DNA of 64,000 nucleotides, from positions 3,614 through 67,613 of the forward strand of contig JBDRPX010000003.1 in NCBI GenBank assembly GCA_043826565.1, in the 5' to 3' direction. Both the position numbers and the translations under genes were made by a program. Below the pieces are notes generated by a model. That model searched no databases. It had not been told where the DNA came from and saw only the letters and a list, made by a program, of their open reading frames with translations. Source of the DNA: Candidatus Omnitrophota bacterium. GTDB taxonomy: Bacteria > Omnitrophota > Gorgyraeia > B26-G9. Positions 1-9,688 of this stretch are shown piece after piece (position 1 is the stretch's first letter; every line of letters begins with the position of its first letter).

Positions 1-14
1 TGTGGAAAAATAAC

Positions 15-1634
15 ATGAAAGATAAGGGTGTTCAGGACGAGAAGGCTTTAGATGCCTTTGCCCAAGCACTGCGAAATGCGACTGTTACTGGTGACCAGAT
101 TACTATGCAGATTGGCGCAGCTCAGATAGTTGCTTCTGTCCAGGATGGAAAAGTTGCGGTAGTTCCTAGTCAGGGAGAACTTGCCAAAGAATTGGCCAAG
201 ATTACCGGGACTAGTGCTGTTGGACGTTATAATAAGGAAGGAAATACTTCCGCGCAGAACCAGGCAGGTTTTGATAATCTGATGAGTAAAGCCTTTGCGA
301 CATTTCAGACCCGTGATATGAGCGGATTACTGGATGCGATGGAAGCAAGAATTAATAAGAATACTGATCTTGACGCAGCGGGTAAGACAGCTGCTTTGGA
401 AACTCTGGCTAAATTAAGAGCAATGAACGCAGCCGGAAACCTGGGAATGATCGAGTCTCAGGTTGAAGGACAAGAGCAGTATGTTATTGCCGGAAGCAAA
501 GATGGTAAAATTGGTTTAAGCACTGCTTTCTTTGACGGCAATGAATTATCCGCGTTTGGTGAGCAGATACTTTTCCATGAAGCTCAGCCGGAAGGAAGTT
601 ATGCTGATCATCGAGCGGCATATACTACCGGGTTACAGAGCAAAGTTTATGCTGAACAGATCAGGGATGCGGGAAATGCCATGCGTCAACATATTGATGC
701 CCAGGCTCCTCAGGCAGCAGCTGTTGATGTGGACATGAATGTAGCGCTGGGAATTACCAAAATGACCGAAACTCAGGCAGATGCAATTTTAGAAAAAGCT
801 GATATTGATGCGTCTGCTTTAGATGCTCAGCAGAAAATTGATATAACTACACAGATTTTAAGCACTCAGGTTAAGGACGCAATTACTAATCCGGCATCAG
901 TTGCCGCACGTAATACAAGTGCTGGTTTTGCAAAGTTAACATTGACCAGTACTGATGGGGCTAATGCCGCGGTGAGTGTGGCTGCTTTGAGTGGTGAAGA
1001 AGTCAGAGATATGATCGTGAATAAAAGAACTATCGCATTAAGTTCTGAAGCAGGGTTGATTAATAAAGACGGGAAATTAGTACCGAATACAATTCTTGCT
1101 CAGGCAATTTCTATTGCGGTTGATGTAAAAGATGTAACTGTTGCCGAAGGACAGCCGAAACCATTTAATATTATCAATGTTCCTCAGGCTAATGTAGAGC
1201 AGTTAAGCAGAATGTTCATGGCTTTAGGTATTGCGCATTTGTTTGATGTTCGGACTGCTAATGAACAGGTTTTAGCGGATGCGGGTGTGCCGGCGGCTAA
1301 TATATCTGTTGTGTATACACAGGGTGAATCAATTGCTAACATAACCGGAGCATTTTACCTGCAGTTAGATAGTGAAGTATTGAGAACTATGGCATCAGGC
1401 ACGGTTGTTAATGGTACTGTGGTATATGATAGTTTGGGAGTATTCATGGCGGCTGTCTCTCAGGATATTCAGCGCTTAGGATTAAGTGCCGAAGCACAGC
1501 AGGCATATACTTTAGCACGTGCTAAAGGTGAAGTTTTTAATGCAGTACCTCAGCTGACAGTTGCTAATGAAGCCCAGTATCAGGCAGCTTCTAGTGAGTA
1601 CAATAAACTCGTAAGTCTTTGTGAACAGGCATAA
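15..1634 (+). CDS. Hypothetical protein, 539 aa from the first ATG. The frame stays open back to the window edge, so it could be the 3' part of a longer gene.
   Basis: Long ORF with no in-frame stop between nt 3 and 15. No signal peptide and no recognisable motifs. An out-of-frame TAA at 11-13 could be the stop of an upstream gene, which would make 15 a true start. Confidence 0.5.
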   Translation: MKDKGVQDEKALDAFAQALRNATVTGDQITMQIGAAQIVASVQDGKVAVVPSQGELAKELAKITGTSAVGRYNKEGNTSAQNQAGFDNLMSKAFATFQTRDMSGLLDAMEARINKNTDLDAAGKTAALETLAKLRAMNAAGNLGMIESQVEGQEQYVIAGSKDGKIGLSTAFFDGNELSAFGEQILFHEAQPEGSYADHRAAYTTGLQSKVYAEQIRDAGNAMRQHIDAQAPQAAAVDVDMNVALGITKMTETQADAILEKADIDASALDAQQKIDITTQILSTQVKDAITNPASVAARNTSAGFAKLTLTSTDGANAAVSVAALSGEEVRDMIVNKRTIALSSEAGLINKDGKLVPNTILAQAISIAVDVKDVTVAEGQPKPFNIINVPQANVEQLSRMFMALGIAHLFDVRTANEQVLADAGVPAANISVVYTQGESIANITGAFYLQLDSEVLRTMASGTVVNGTVVYDSLGVFMAAVSQDIQRLGLSAEAQQAYTLARAKGEVFNAVPQLTVANEAQYQAASSEYNKLVSLCEQA

Positions 1635-1714
1635 TATATGCCGGGTATACGCCCATTGCTGATGTTCTTGGAAAAATAATAAATACAGCATATAAGATTT
1701 AGAATAGGATGGGA

Positions 1715-1758
1715 GGGTGGGCGAAACACAATAATAATGTTTCGCCCACCCTTTTACC
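1715..1758 (+). terminator. Rho-independent terminator
   Basis: Perfect 14-bp inverted repeat GGGTGGGCGAAACA (1715-1728) / TGTTTCGCCCACCC (1738-1751) with a 9-nt loop, followed by TTTT. It lies inside ORF-track call 1709-3463, which argues that the gene's real start is downstream. Confidence 0.75.
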
Positions 1759-1816
1759 TTTAATGGGTAAAAGGAAAATACTGAAACTAAATATAAATAT
1801 AGAGAAGGAGAAATTG

Positions 1817-3463
1817 ATGAAAGCAACACTAGTGTTACGTAAGTATCTGTTTCTCATCAGAATTCTTCTTCCTTGCCTAATACTGGTTTCCGGTATAGTT
1901 GTAAAAACTTGCTGCGCGGATTCTTTTTTGAAAACACGCGTGGAAAAGATTGACACTCCGCAGCTTAAAGAAGTTAATCGCATAAAGCAGGTTTTGCGCC
2001 ACTTTGATATTCCCAGAGATATCGGGTTTATTAAAGAACTGCATGTTTCCAATCAGCCCAGCGAGAAATTAGTAATTACTATTCAGGATTTGCATTGCCA
2101 TTATCAGGCCCAAAAAAATATTGCGGCTTTATTAGATTATCTCATCAATACTTACGGGCTAAAAGTTGTCAGTGTCGAAGGCGGTTCCGGAAAGATTGAT
2201 ACTACTTTTTATAAAGAATTACCGGATGCGAATGTTAAGGAGCAGGTCGCTGATTATTTTTTAAGAGAAGCCCGGATTAATGGTACGGAATATTTTGCGA
2301 TTACGACAAAAAAAGACATTGCTCTTTACGGAGCCGAAGACGCGAAATATTATGATAAGAATCTGGAAGCATTTTTAAAAGCGCTGCCCAAAAGAGAGAC
2401 TATTTTAGAGGGGATCGCGGTTTTAGAAAATGATTTAAATATATTAAAAGACCGTATCTATAATAAACATTTAAGAGAACTTGATGATCTTGTGGTTGCT
2501 TATGATAACGGAACATTGCCGTTTGAGGATTATGTTTTATATATCGCTGATCATTATTCGCAGGATAAGATAAAAAGTGAATTTACTCAGCTGCCGAATT
2601 TAGTCGATAGTATCAGGATAAAAAAAGATATGGACCTTGAAGAAGCGGAAAAACAGCGCGGGGAGATGATTGATTATTTGACCAACAAGCTTACCCGTTT
2701 GGAACTTGAAGATTTCTTAAAGGTAACCTTGGAATTTAAGTCTAAGAGCATCGATAGTCTCCAGTACCATAACCGGCTTAAGGATTTGTATGCTCAAATG
2801 GAGGTTAAGTCTAAAACTCTTGACCGGGCCTGGCCGGAACTTAGTAAGTATATGGAATATCTGAATAAATATGAAACGTTAGATAAATTTGTTATGTTTC
2901 ATGAGATAAATGAAGTTCTTGATCGGATAAAGGATTCAATGTATACAAGTTATACGCAAAAGGATCTGGATTATTGCTTGAGTACTGTCCGCCTGGCGAG
3001 AAATTTATTTTCCACCAAGCTGCTTACCCGGGATCTTCCGGTTATGGAGAAGCACAAGAGTGATTTTAGCGCTCGTAAGCTTACGAAATTTATTAAAACT
3101 CAAAGCAAAAGATTGAAGTTAAATCTGCCGATTCCGGCAGGAATTAATGAAATGCAGGAAAATCTTCCTATTTTAGAAGATTTTTATGACTATGCTTCCC
3201 GGAGAAATGATGTTTTAGCCGAGAATACTTTGCAGGGGATGAATAATGAGGGAGAATGCATTGGTGTTTTGATAACCGGCGGTTTTCACACGGACGGAAT
3301 ATCCGAGTATTTTAAAGAAAGACGGATCAGCTATGTTGTGATTGCTCCGGTTGTGGATAAATTAGATGAAGATGATACCCGGTATATTCGGGCATTACAG
3401 GGGAAAAAGACTCCGTTTGAATTGCAGCTGGAACAGGAAGAAAAATTGGCGAAACAGGAATAA
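1817..3463 (+). CDS. Hypothetical N-terminally membrane-anchored protein (548 aa)
   Basis: ATG at 1817 preceded by GAAGGAG RBS at a 7-nt spacing. Hydrophobic N-terminus (LFLIRILLPCLILVSGIVV). The start lies downstream of the terminator hairpin. No family recognised. Confidence 0.6.
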   Translation: MKATLVLRKYLFLIRILLPCLILVSGIVVKTCCADSFLKTRVEKIDTPQLKEVNRIKQVLRHFDIPRDIGFIKELHVSNQPSEKLVITIQDLHCHYQAQKNIAALLDYLINTYGLKVVSVEGGSGKIDTTFYKELPDANVKEQVADYFLREARINGTEYFAITTKKDIALYGAEDAKYYDKNLEAFLKALPKRETILEGIAVLENDLNILKDRIYNKHLRELDDLVVAYDNGTLPFEDYVLYIADHYSQDKIKSEFTQLPNLVDSIRIKKDMDLEEAEKQRGEMIDYLTNKLTRLELEDFLKVTLEFKSKSIDSLQYHNRLKDLYAQMEVKSKTLDRAWPELSKYMEYLNKYETLDKFVMFHEINEVLDRIKDSMYTSYTQKDLDYCLSTVRLARNLFSTKLLTRDLPVMEKHKSDFSARKLTKFIKTQSKRLKLNLPIPAGINEMQENLPILEDFYDYASRRNDVLAENTLQGMNNEGECIGVLITGGFHTDGISEYFKERRISYVVIAPVVDKLDEDDTRYIRALQGKKTPFELQLEQEEKLAKQE

Positions 3464-3485
3464 TAAATAAAAATAAAGGAAGATT

Positions 3486-6485
3486 ATGTTTAAGCAAAAA
3501 GAAGGTTTATTGAGAAAAGCATTTATAGTATTCCTTATTAATATATTTATTTTTGCGAATACGCAAGGATCATTTGCGGCACAGGTATATGTTGAACATA
3601 AGAATATGGAGACTTCTACACTGGCTCCGAATCTGCGCATGACCATGGATACGCTGAGAATGGTATTCAATAGTTTTATGAATCCGTCTAAGGAAATTAA
3701 AATTCGCAATTTAAATATTTCCTGCGGAGTATTATCCGATCTGGTTAAAGAAATACAAGCAACTGAAACCGGTTGTATAATCACTAATAAAAATGGTGAT
3801 ACTTTAAATGTAGATGCTATTCAATACGGTGATTTCGATCTATTACAGGTCGGTGACATAAGGTATGTTGTCCGGGATACATCCCAAACAGTTGATCTCG
3901 CTCAGATAAATCCATTGGCAAATACGGCTTATCAGCAGTTTTTCGGAATTGATATTAATGCTATTTCTCCGGAACAGTTGGGATTTGCTCTGCCGGTTGC
4001 CGAAGCAAAAGAAAAAAATAGTGTGGATATGTTCCCGGTACGGGGACAGACTGCGGATACGGTTTTAGCATCCGCGCGTGAGTTTGTTCTAAAAGCACAG
4101 GGAATGGTAGATGCCGGATCTTCACTGAACCGCCGTTTGATAAACGAATTGCTGAATAATATTTTAATTATCGGTTTAAACGGCAGCTGGGAAGATTATT
4201 ATTTAGCTAAGGATGTGCTGGAAAAATATAGGGAAGTGAAGCATTTTTCTGATTATAAGAATATCATGGTCAATATGATGAACGGATTGTTTTTTTCCTA
4301 TGTCAGCTGTGACTGGAGAAAAGTAGAGGAGTACAGCAGGATAATTCTGCAGGGAGAAAAAAGCGTTTCCGGACGCACAAAAACAATGTTTGAATTACCC
4401 ATAGAAAATGCTCGTCTTCCAGTAAATAATACCGTAGATTATGAAGTGGAAAGCATAAAAATACTGGGTGAAGAAGAATTGGAGCATATGGCTACTGATG
4501 ATTCCCGGGAAGAATTTCGTTTAGGACAATCCGCGGTTGAGCAGGGCCGGATTGTTTCTATTCCCTTTTGCGGCGGTTCCGCGACAACAGTAAAAAACCT
4601 TATTGGAGAACATAAATTAGTGCATCAGGCGATTAAAGTGAGGGTGAAAAAAGCCGATGGAACTGAAGAAATAAGATATATAAGTGTTACGGACGCGCGG
4701 TTAGGTTTATTACGCGCGCAGAATCCCAACGCGCAAATTGCTATGGTTACCAGTGTCTCCGAGCCTGGTGGTGTGGATAGTGATAAAAGTATCAGACAGG
4801 CCATATCCAAGCGTTACCCCGGAGCCTTAGCCGACGGTAGAATCAGTATTTCTATGCAGAGAGCGCAAACAGTACTGAATAATAAAACCGGTTATCCTAT
4901 GCGTTTTGACAGCGGTTATACCGCGGCTTGCGCGGAAAACCATATGTGGGCTTTATTAGCGGTATTGATGAATAAAGAGGCGATGATTAATTATTTAAAA
5001 AACAGTGACGGTATTTTTTCTATCGGTAACGGTGATAATATATTGAATATTGTAAAAGAAGGCATGGTCGGCGCTATTTTAAAAGCCAGAGAACAAGGCC
5101 GGGCTTTGGCCACAGTTCCTCTGGCAGCATTATCTGCCGGAGACAGAAAAGGCGGAGTAATGGTGGAAGTTACTTATCGTCATAAAGACAGGCATTCGGA
5201 AAAAATAGTGCAAAAAGAGATCCGTGAGATCAGTGAATTCCCGACACGTCCGGGCAGCGGTTTTTCCGGAGTTACCATTGACGCGGAAAAAGAATTAGAG
5301 GCTTTTCAGTATTTTGAGCAAAAGGGCTGGTTTATTGAAGATTTGTTCGGAAATACCGCGAAAGCGTTTAATGTCGCGTTTTACGCGATTGACGGACGTT
5401 TAATAATTTCCCGAATATTTGGTTTTGATGAAAATAGCGCTGGTTTTATCGAACAGTTGGAAAAGATCAGTGCGGATGAATGGATAAATAGAATACTTGA
5501 TATTGTTTATGAGGTGCAAACTACGGTAAAGCCGTCCAAAGGAGTTCCTAATGAAAATGGAACAGATACGGTAAAAGGACGAATAATTGAAAATGCCGTA
5601 CAGGATTTTATTGTTAATGGCTTGGCATTATTAGCAAAAGAGGGAAAGCCTAATCTGGAAGCAGAGATGCTTATTGCCGACAGAAAGGATATTTTTTTAC
5701 CTTACAAAGGAACGGCCCAGCAGAGATTGGATAAAAAAGGAGAACCGATCCTGGGAACTAATGTTTATGATTTGATCGCCAATCAGGACCGCATTGCCGG
5801 AGTTATTGAGGAAATGGCTGCTCAGGGGCAATTAGCTGATTTAGGTAATGGAGAACAGGTGCTGGAAGCAATCCCGATTTATAATCTTGATGAAATTATG
5901 ATCGCCAGCAGTGATGAGGGTTTAACACCGAGTGATATTAGTGAAGATATGGTCATCCGTCATTCTTTGGCACGTTTGGCAAAACACACTCAATCAACCA
6001 GTGCTAAAATATTAAAATCTTTTGGTTTGATCCCGGATAATAAGGAAAACGCAAAAAAGAACTTATTGAGTATTCGTGATGCGGCGAAGAGCCTGAAAGA
6101 AGAAATCGAAACTATGGCCTATCACCGGGTAATTTATGATACGATTGATAATGTTTTAAGACCGAAATATAAATTAGATGGTATTCTTATTAATATTGAA
6201 ACAACAAGCCAGTTAATTGTCGAGAGGATGGATAGTGAAGGTTTTAATTATGCCGAAGCAATGTTAAGATTATCTGAGGCCTTGGGCGAACTTAGTGTTT
6301 TTGCTCATGATTTTTTAGAAGCATCTTCGCAGGAATTGATTTTAGGGGAAGTTGCTCCGAATAAAACAGCGATCGATATTACCAGGATGGTTTTAAATGG
6401 AAGAGCTCCGGTTGATCAGCAGGAACCGGGTAAAGCAAATGTAGAAGCCCTAGATTCCGTAAATATGGTTTTGCAGGCTATATAG
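3486..6485 (+). CDS. Large secreted or membrane protein (999 aa), member of the leader/LAP-motif family
   Basis: RBS AAAGGAAG before the ATG. N-terminal hydrophobic leader (KAFIVFLINIFIFANTQGSFAAQ) followed by TLAPNLRM, which matches the [C/Y]LAPxV motif that follows the leaders of four other proteins in this window. Confidence 0.65.
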   Translation: MFKQKEGLLRKAFIVFLINIFIFANTQGSFAAQVYVEHKNMETSTLAPNLRMTMDTLRMVFNSFMNPSKEIKIRNLNISCGVLSDLVKEIQATETGCIITNKNGDTLNVDAIQYGDFDLLQVGDIRYVVRDTSQTVDLAQINPLANTAYQQFFGIDINAISPEQLGFALPVAEAKEKNSVDMFPVRGQTADTVLASAREFVLKAQGMVDAGSSLNRRLINELLNNILIIGLNGSWEDYYLAKDVLEKYREVKHFSDYKNIMVNMMNGLFFSYVSCDWRKVEEYSRIILQGEKSVSGRTKTMFELPIENARLPVNNTVDYEVESIKILGEEELEHMATDDSREEFRLGQSAVEQGRIVSIPFCGGSATTVKNLIGEHKLVHQAIKVRVKKADGTEEIRYISVTDARLGLLRAQNPNAQIAMVTSVSEPGGVDSDKSIRQAISKRYPGALADGRISISMQRAQTVLNNKTGYPMRFDSGYTAACAENHMWALLAVLMNKEAMINYLKNSDGIFSIGNGDNILNIVKEGMVGAILKAREQGRALATVPLAALSAGDRKGGVMVEVTYRHKDRHSEKIVQKEIREISEFPTRPGSGFSGVTIDAEKELEAFQYFEQKGWFIEDLFGNTAKAFNVAFYAIDGRLIISRIFGFDENSAGFIEQLEKISADEWINRILDIVYEVQTTVKPSKGVPNENGTDTVKGRIIENAVQDFIVNGLALLAKEGKPNLEAEMLIADRKDIFLPYKGTAQQRLDKKGEPILGTNVYDLIANQDRIAGVIEEMAAQGQLADLGNGEQVLEAIPIYNLDEIMIASSDEGLTPSDISEDMVIRHSLARLAKHTQSTSAKILKSFGLIPDNKENAKKNLLSIRDAAKSLKEEIETMAYHRVIYDTIDNVLRPKYKLDGILINIETTSQLIVERMDSEGFNYAEAMLRLSEALGELSVFAHDFLEASSQELILGEVAPNKTAIDITRMVLNGRAPVDQQEPGKANVEALDSVNMVLQAI

Positions 6486-6494
6486 TAATAAAGT

Positions 6495-6515
6495 TGAGTG
6501 AAGATGTTCTTCACT
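6495..6515 (+). terminator. Weak hairpin after the 3486-6485 gene
   Basis: 8-bp inverted repeat GAGTGAAG/CTTCACTC with a 5-nt loop. There is no U tract, so it may be only a partial terminator or an RNA-processing site. Confidence 0.3.
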
Positions 6516-6583
6516 CAAATACTCATTGGTAGTGCTGGGAAATTTTATGGCCGGTAAATAAATGAGTTTAAAAAGGATGTGTT

Positions 6584-6967
6584 ATGGCTGAAGAAAAACG
6601 CAAATTTATTCGTGTTAAGACCCGCAAGTCTGTAGCTAACTGCCGATTACTCGCAAATGAGAGATCCGGGGAAAGTAAATTCGCGGTTTGGCCGGTTAAA
6701 GATCTTGGAATCGGCGGAGCTGCAGTTTATTGCGAAGATGATATTCCTTTGGAAACCCTGGCCTATTTGAATATGGACCTTGATGTGATCAGAAGAACTA
6801 TTGGGGTTATTGCTAAAGTAATCTGGCGTCAGGCCAAGGATGCCGGATATGAATTAGGTTTGCGGTTTTGCTGGTGGCCGTTGACAGATGACCGGGATGT
6901 CATGGCTGATTATATTGAAAATAAAATAACTTATAACGATACTTCCGAGGAAGTATTACTAGGATAG
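6584..6967 (+). CDS. PilZ-domain protein (putative c-di-GMP receptor), 127 aa
   Basis: N-terminal RxxxR-type motif (KRKFIRVKTRK) and DxSxxG-type motif (DLGIGGAAV), as expected for PilZ. C-terminal FCWWPLTDDRD motif shared with the two other small PilZ proteins here. Confidence 0.7.
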   Translation: MAEEKRKFIRVKTRKSVANCRLLANERSGESKFAVWPVKDLGIGGAAVYCEDDIPLETLAYLNMDLDVIRRTIGVIAKVIWRQAKDAGYELGLRFCWWPLTDDRDVMADYIENKITYNDTSEEVLLG

Positions 6968-6978
6968 AGAACCATTCT

Positions 6979-6997
6979 CTCACCCCCGGGGTGAGGG
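6979..6997. repeat. GC-rich palindromic element CTCACCCC-C-GGGGTGAG(GG)
   Basis: Inverted repeat between the PilZ stop (6967) and the next gene. The same CACCCCCGGGGTGAGGG 17-mer recurs at 63982-63998. Confidence 0.6.
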
Positions 6998-7029
6998 AAT
7001 GGTTGGTAAATCAGGAGGAAATCAGGTTA

Positions 7030-9669
7030 ATGCGTGCTCTGAATTTGAAAAACAGGATGTGTTTCAAAATTACAGCTTTTATTATTTTACAGGTGTTTCT
7101 ATTGTCCAGTACAGTAGGCGCAGCTGGGTTGGATCATTTTGCAGTTAATGATCGCGCGGAGTGTCTTGCGCCGTCTGTGCGTTTGGATAACTCTCTGCTT
7201 ATGGATGTGTTTAAAAGAGCGTCGGAGCAAGGTACTGGGCTAGGGGTATTCTCTATTGAGTCAGAAGATATCAACACGGAAGTTGCTGAAGGACTAGTAA
7301 ATTCTTCAAAACAGGCAGCTGACGAGGGAACTTCCGGGCCGAATAATAGCGGGCAATCAGTTAATGGGACAAACAGTGCTCCCGGGCAGATGTTTTTTGG
7401 CAGCGGTAATCCGGAACAAATTGAAGAGCCGATCTGGCCGCCGCCGCAAGCAGAAGCGATCGTTGTCGGCAATGGAAATAATTTCGGCTTACCTTATTTG
7501 TGGAAAAAAGATGAAATGATCAAAGCTTTAAGAGCCTATGGCTTGGCTTGTAATTGGGATGAGTTTTCCCGGATGGAACTGCGCAGCCTTTTAAAAACAT
7601 TAGGAGAATTAATTGAAAAAGACGGTACTTTTGCCGCGAACTTAGCCGCGGTAAAGCCTTTGGCAGTAACCAGAGGTTCTTATTATGTTAATAAGGGAAG
7701 AAAAGACAGTAATCAGCTGGCAAAAATAGTGCAGAGTAAAGGCGAAACCCGGTTGGTATTGTATAAGCCTTTCTTTTATCAATTGATGTTCATGCCGCAA
7801 AACCGGCAGATGAAAAGAGAAGCTTTACAGCAGATCATTGGTGATTATGCGGAATCAAATTTATTTTTTGATAAGCCGCAAGCTAAAGGTAAAGAGGAAC
7901 AGCCAGTGATGGTTTCTTTTAATGATTTGGAACTTATGTCTGCTGCGGATGGTGACGCGAAATTAATAAAGATCGGAGTTCCGGAACATATGATCCCGAT
8001 CACAAAATATATTGTCTACAGATTAAAGCAGTATCGTGACCCGGCACCAGAACATCAATGGCAAAAGGGATTTTCCAATGTACGGATAGTTCGGGCGCCG
8101 GTTTTTTCCCTTAATGTTTTTGAAGCAGCTTTAAAAGAAGCTAATGTGCCTGCAGAGCATATCGATAGAAATCATATAGAAGAATTGTGTGAACTGATCA
8201 ATAAAGAGATGAAGGACCGGAAAGAAACGAGACTTGAGGTAATGTTTTTTAATAGCGCATTGCGAGTTGTTCCGGCGATCAGTCCTTTAAATGATAAACA
8301 AAAAGAAATAATTGTTAATTATTTAAACAGGGCAATTAGTGAGTTAAAAGAATATGAAAAACGTTTTTGGGTTGTTTGGGAAAAGCCGCGGGAAGACGGT
8401 GACGGCACAGAAACTGTTTTAGATATTTATGTGGATAAAATCCCTTATCTTTATACTCTTTCGCAGGATTGCCTGAAATATCCCGGAGCTCCGGATGGAG
8501 CCCGGATCTGGCGCATTGATCCGGCAAACACCGCAGAGCCGGCTAAGACATTATTAGATTTGGTGCTTGACGCATCTCTGGCTCCGCATGAAGGCGGTAA
8601 ACACGGGCACGCGATGAGAGTTCCGGTTGCGCAGGGAAGCGGTGATGCTTTAGCTATTCCCTGGGATGAGATCGAAGACGCGCAGGATCGGGAAAAAATG
8701 CTTATGGATTTCTTAGTAAGGATCGCGAAAAGAGATTGGCCGCAAATAATTCTGGATGTTTTTAAAGGCCCGCATAAATGGGTACCGGCATTAAATGCTA
8801 TTGGCAATGCTTTAAAACAAAAAGGCCAGGGCCCTTATTTGCCGGGGCCAAGGCCTATTACCCAGTCAATAATCAGAGAAGTTCAGGCTAATGCCGGAGT
8901 ATTTCATGAATCCGGGATCATGGGCCTTGCGGTCGGGCAATGGTTTTTCCATGTTTATTGCGCGGATGATATCGGCCGGATACACGCGAACAATAATATT
9001 GATTATTATTTGGCTACGCGCTGCACATTTTTAGATGCCAAACAGCGTGATGAGGTAAAACGCTGGGTAGTTAAAATTAATAATGCCCACCGCAGTTTAC
9101 TGGGGCAGAAACCGCAGGAATTAAACATTGTATTTGATACTGATGACGGTTATCTGTTTGGGACGAAAGTTCCCACAAATAGCGGCGGGCTGTTTGCGAA
9201 TTTAACAAGTAGAAAAATCGGAACAGGAATGTTTTCTTTACTGGCAAGTATTTTTACGCTCAAGAGTATTTTTGGGGTTCCGGCTGCGGAAGCGGCAGTG
9301 CCCGGAATTGTTAAGGCAGGATTTGCCGGTTCCGGAGGCTCATTACTTTTCGCTGTTGGAATTACTCTGGCGATTGGCGTTCCTCTGGTGATTATTGTTT
9401 TTTCCAGAAGATATCTAAACAGCAGAAGAGTTTCCCTGGCTTTGCGTGCCGGTATTGGCGGGCCGGTAGAATATACTGCTGGTAATAAATATCCTCTGGG
9501 AACAGGATGGGGGGATATTATACCGGCTAATAAAGATATTATTAGCGCAACAGCAGCAGCAGCCAGCGCTTTTGTCCGAAAAAGAGGATCAATGGTAACT
9601 CCTCCGGTTGATAATGGTAGTGGAGTCGGCAGCCGTAATACAGGTGTTTTGATAGAGTCATCAATTTAG
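7030..9669 (+). CDS. Leader-family membrane or secreted protein (about 880 aa) with a C-terminal TM anchor
   Basis: The ORF track starts at GTG 6991. I prefer ATG 7030, which has AGGAGG 11 nt upstream and aligns the leader (KNRMCFKITAFIILQVFLLSSTVGAAG) with the other family members. ECLAPSVRL motif follows. A hydrophobic stretch lies near the C-terminus (LLFAVGITLAIGVPLVIIVF). Confidence 0.6.
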   Translation: MRALNLKNRMCFKITAFIILQVFLLSSTVGAAGLDHFAVNDRAECLAPSVRLDNSLLMDVFKRASEQGTGLGVFSIESEDINTEVAEGLVNSSKQAADEGTSGPNNSGQSVNGTNSAPGQMFFGSGNPEQIEEPIWPPPQAEAIVVGNGNNFGLPYLWKKDEMIKALRAYGLACNWDEFSRMELRSLLKTLGELIEKDGTFAANLAAVKPLAVTRGSYYVNKGRKDSNQLAKIVQSKGETRLVLYKPFFYQLMFMPQNRQMKREALQQIIGDYAESNLFFDKPQAKGKEEQPVMVSFNDLELMSAADGDAKLIKIGVPEHMIPITKYIVYRLKQYRDPAPEHQWQKGFSNVRIVRAPVFSLNVFEAALKEANVPAEHIDRNHIEELCELINKEMKDRKETRLEVMFFNSALRVVPAISPLNDKQKEIIVNYLNRAISELKEYEKRFWVVWEKPREDGDGTETVLDIYVDKIPYLYTLSQDCLKYPGAPDGARIWRIDPANTAEPAKTLLDLVLDASLAPHEGGKHGHAMRVPVAQGSGDALAIPWDEIEDAQDREKMLMDFLVRIAKRDWPQIILDVFKGPHKWVPALNAIGNALKQKGQGPYLPGPRPITQSIIREVQANAGVFHESGIMGLAVGQWFFHVYCADDIGRIHANNNIDYYLATRCTFLDAKQRDEVKRWVVKINNAHRSLLGQKPQELNIVFDTDDGYLFGTKVPTNSGGLFANLTSRKIGTGMFSLLASIFTLKSIFGVPAAEAAVPGIVKAGFAGSGGSLLFAVGITLAIGVPLVIIVFSRRYLNSRRVSLALRAGIGGPVEYTAGNKYPLGTGWGDIIPANKDIISATAAAASAFVRKRGSMVTPPVDNGSGVGSRNTGVLIESSI

Positions 9670-9688
9670 ATTTTAAAAGAGAATTAAA

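Noticed and set aside
532-738. Overlapping + strand 68-aa ORF inside the first gene, plus similar small internal ORFs (15155-15352, 19664-20221, 26885-27127, 45857-46111, 51308-51553, 59771-61078, 61801-62040, 62399-62596)
   Set aside because: They are out-of-frame overlaps of longer, better-supported CDSs and have no independent signals.
1709-1816. ORF-track 5' extension of the 1817-3463 gene back to 1709
   Set aside because: The extension spans a strong rho-independent terminator hairpin (1715-1751 plus TTTT). ATG 1817 has a clean GAAGGAG RBS, so the upstream extension is non-coding.
6991-7029. GTG start at 6991 for the 7030-9669 gene
   Set aside because: It would place the GC-rich palindromic element in the first codons. 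ATG 7030 has an AGGAGG RBS and aligns the N-terminal leader with the four paralogous leaders.
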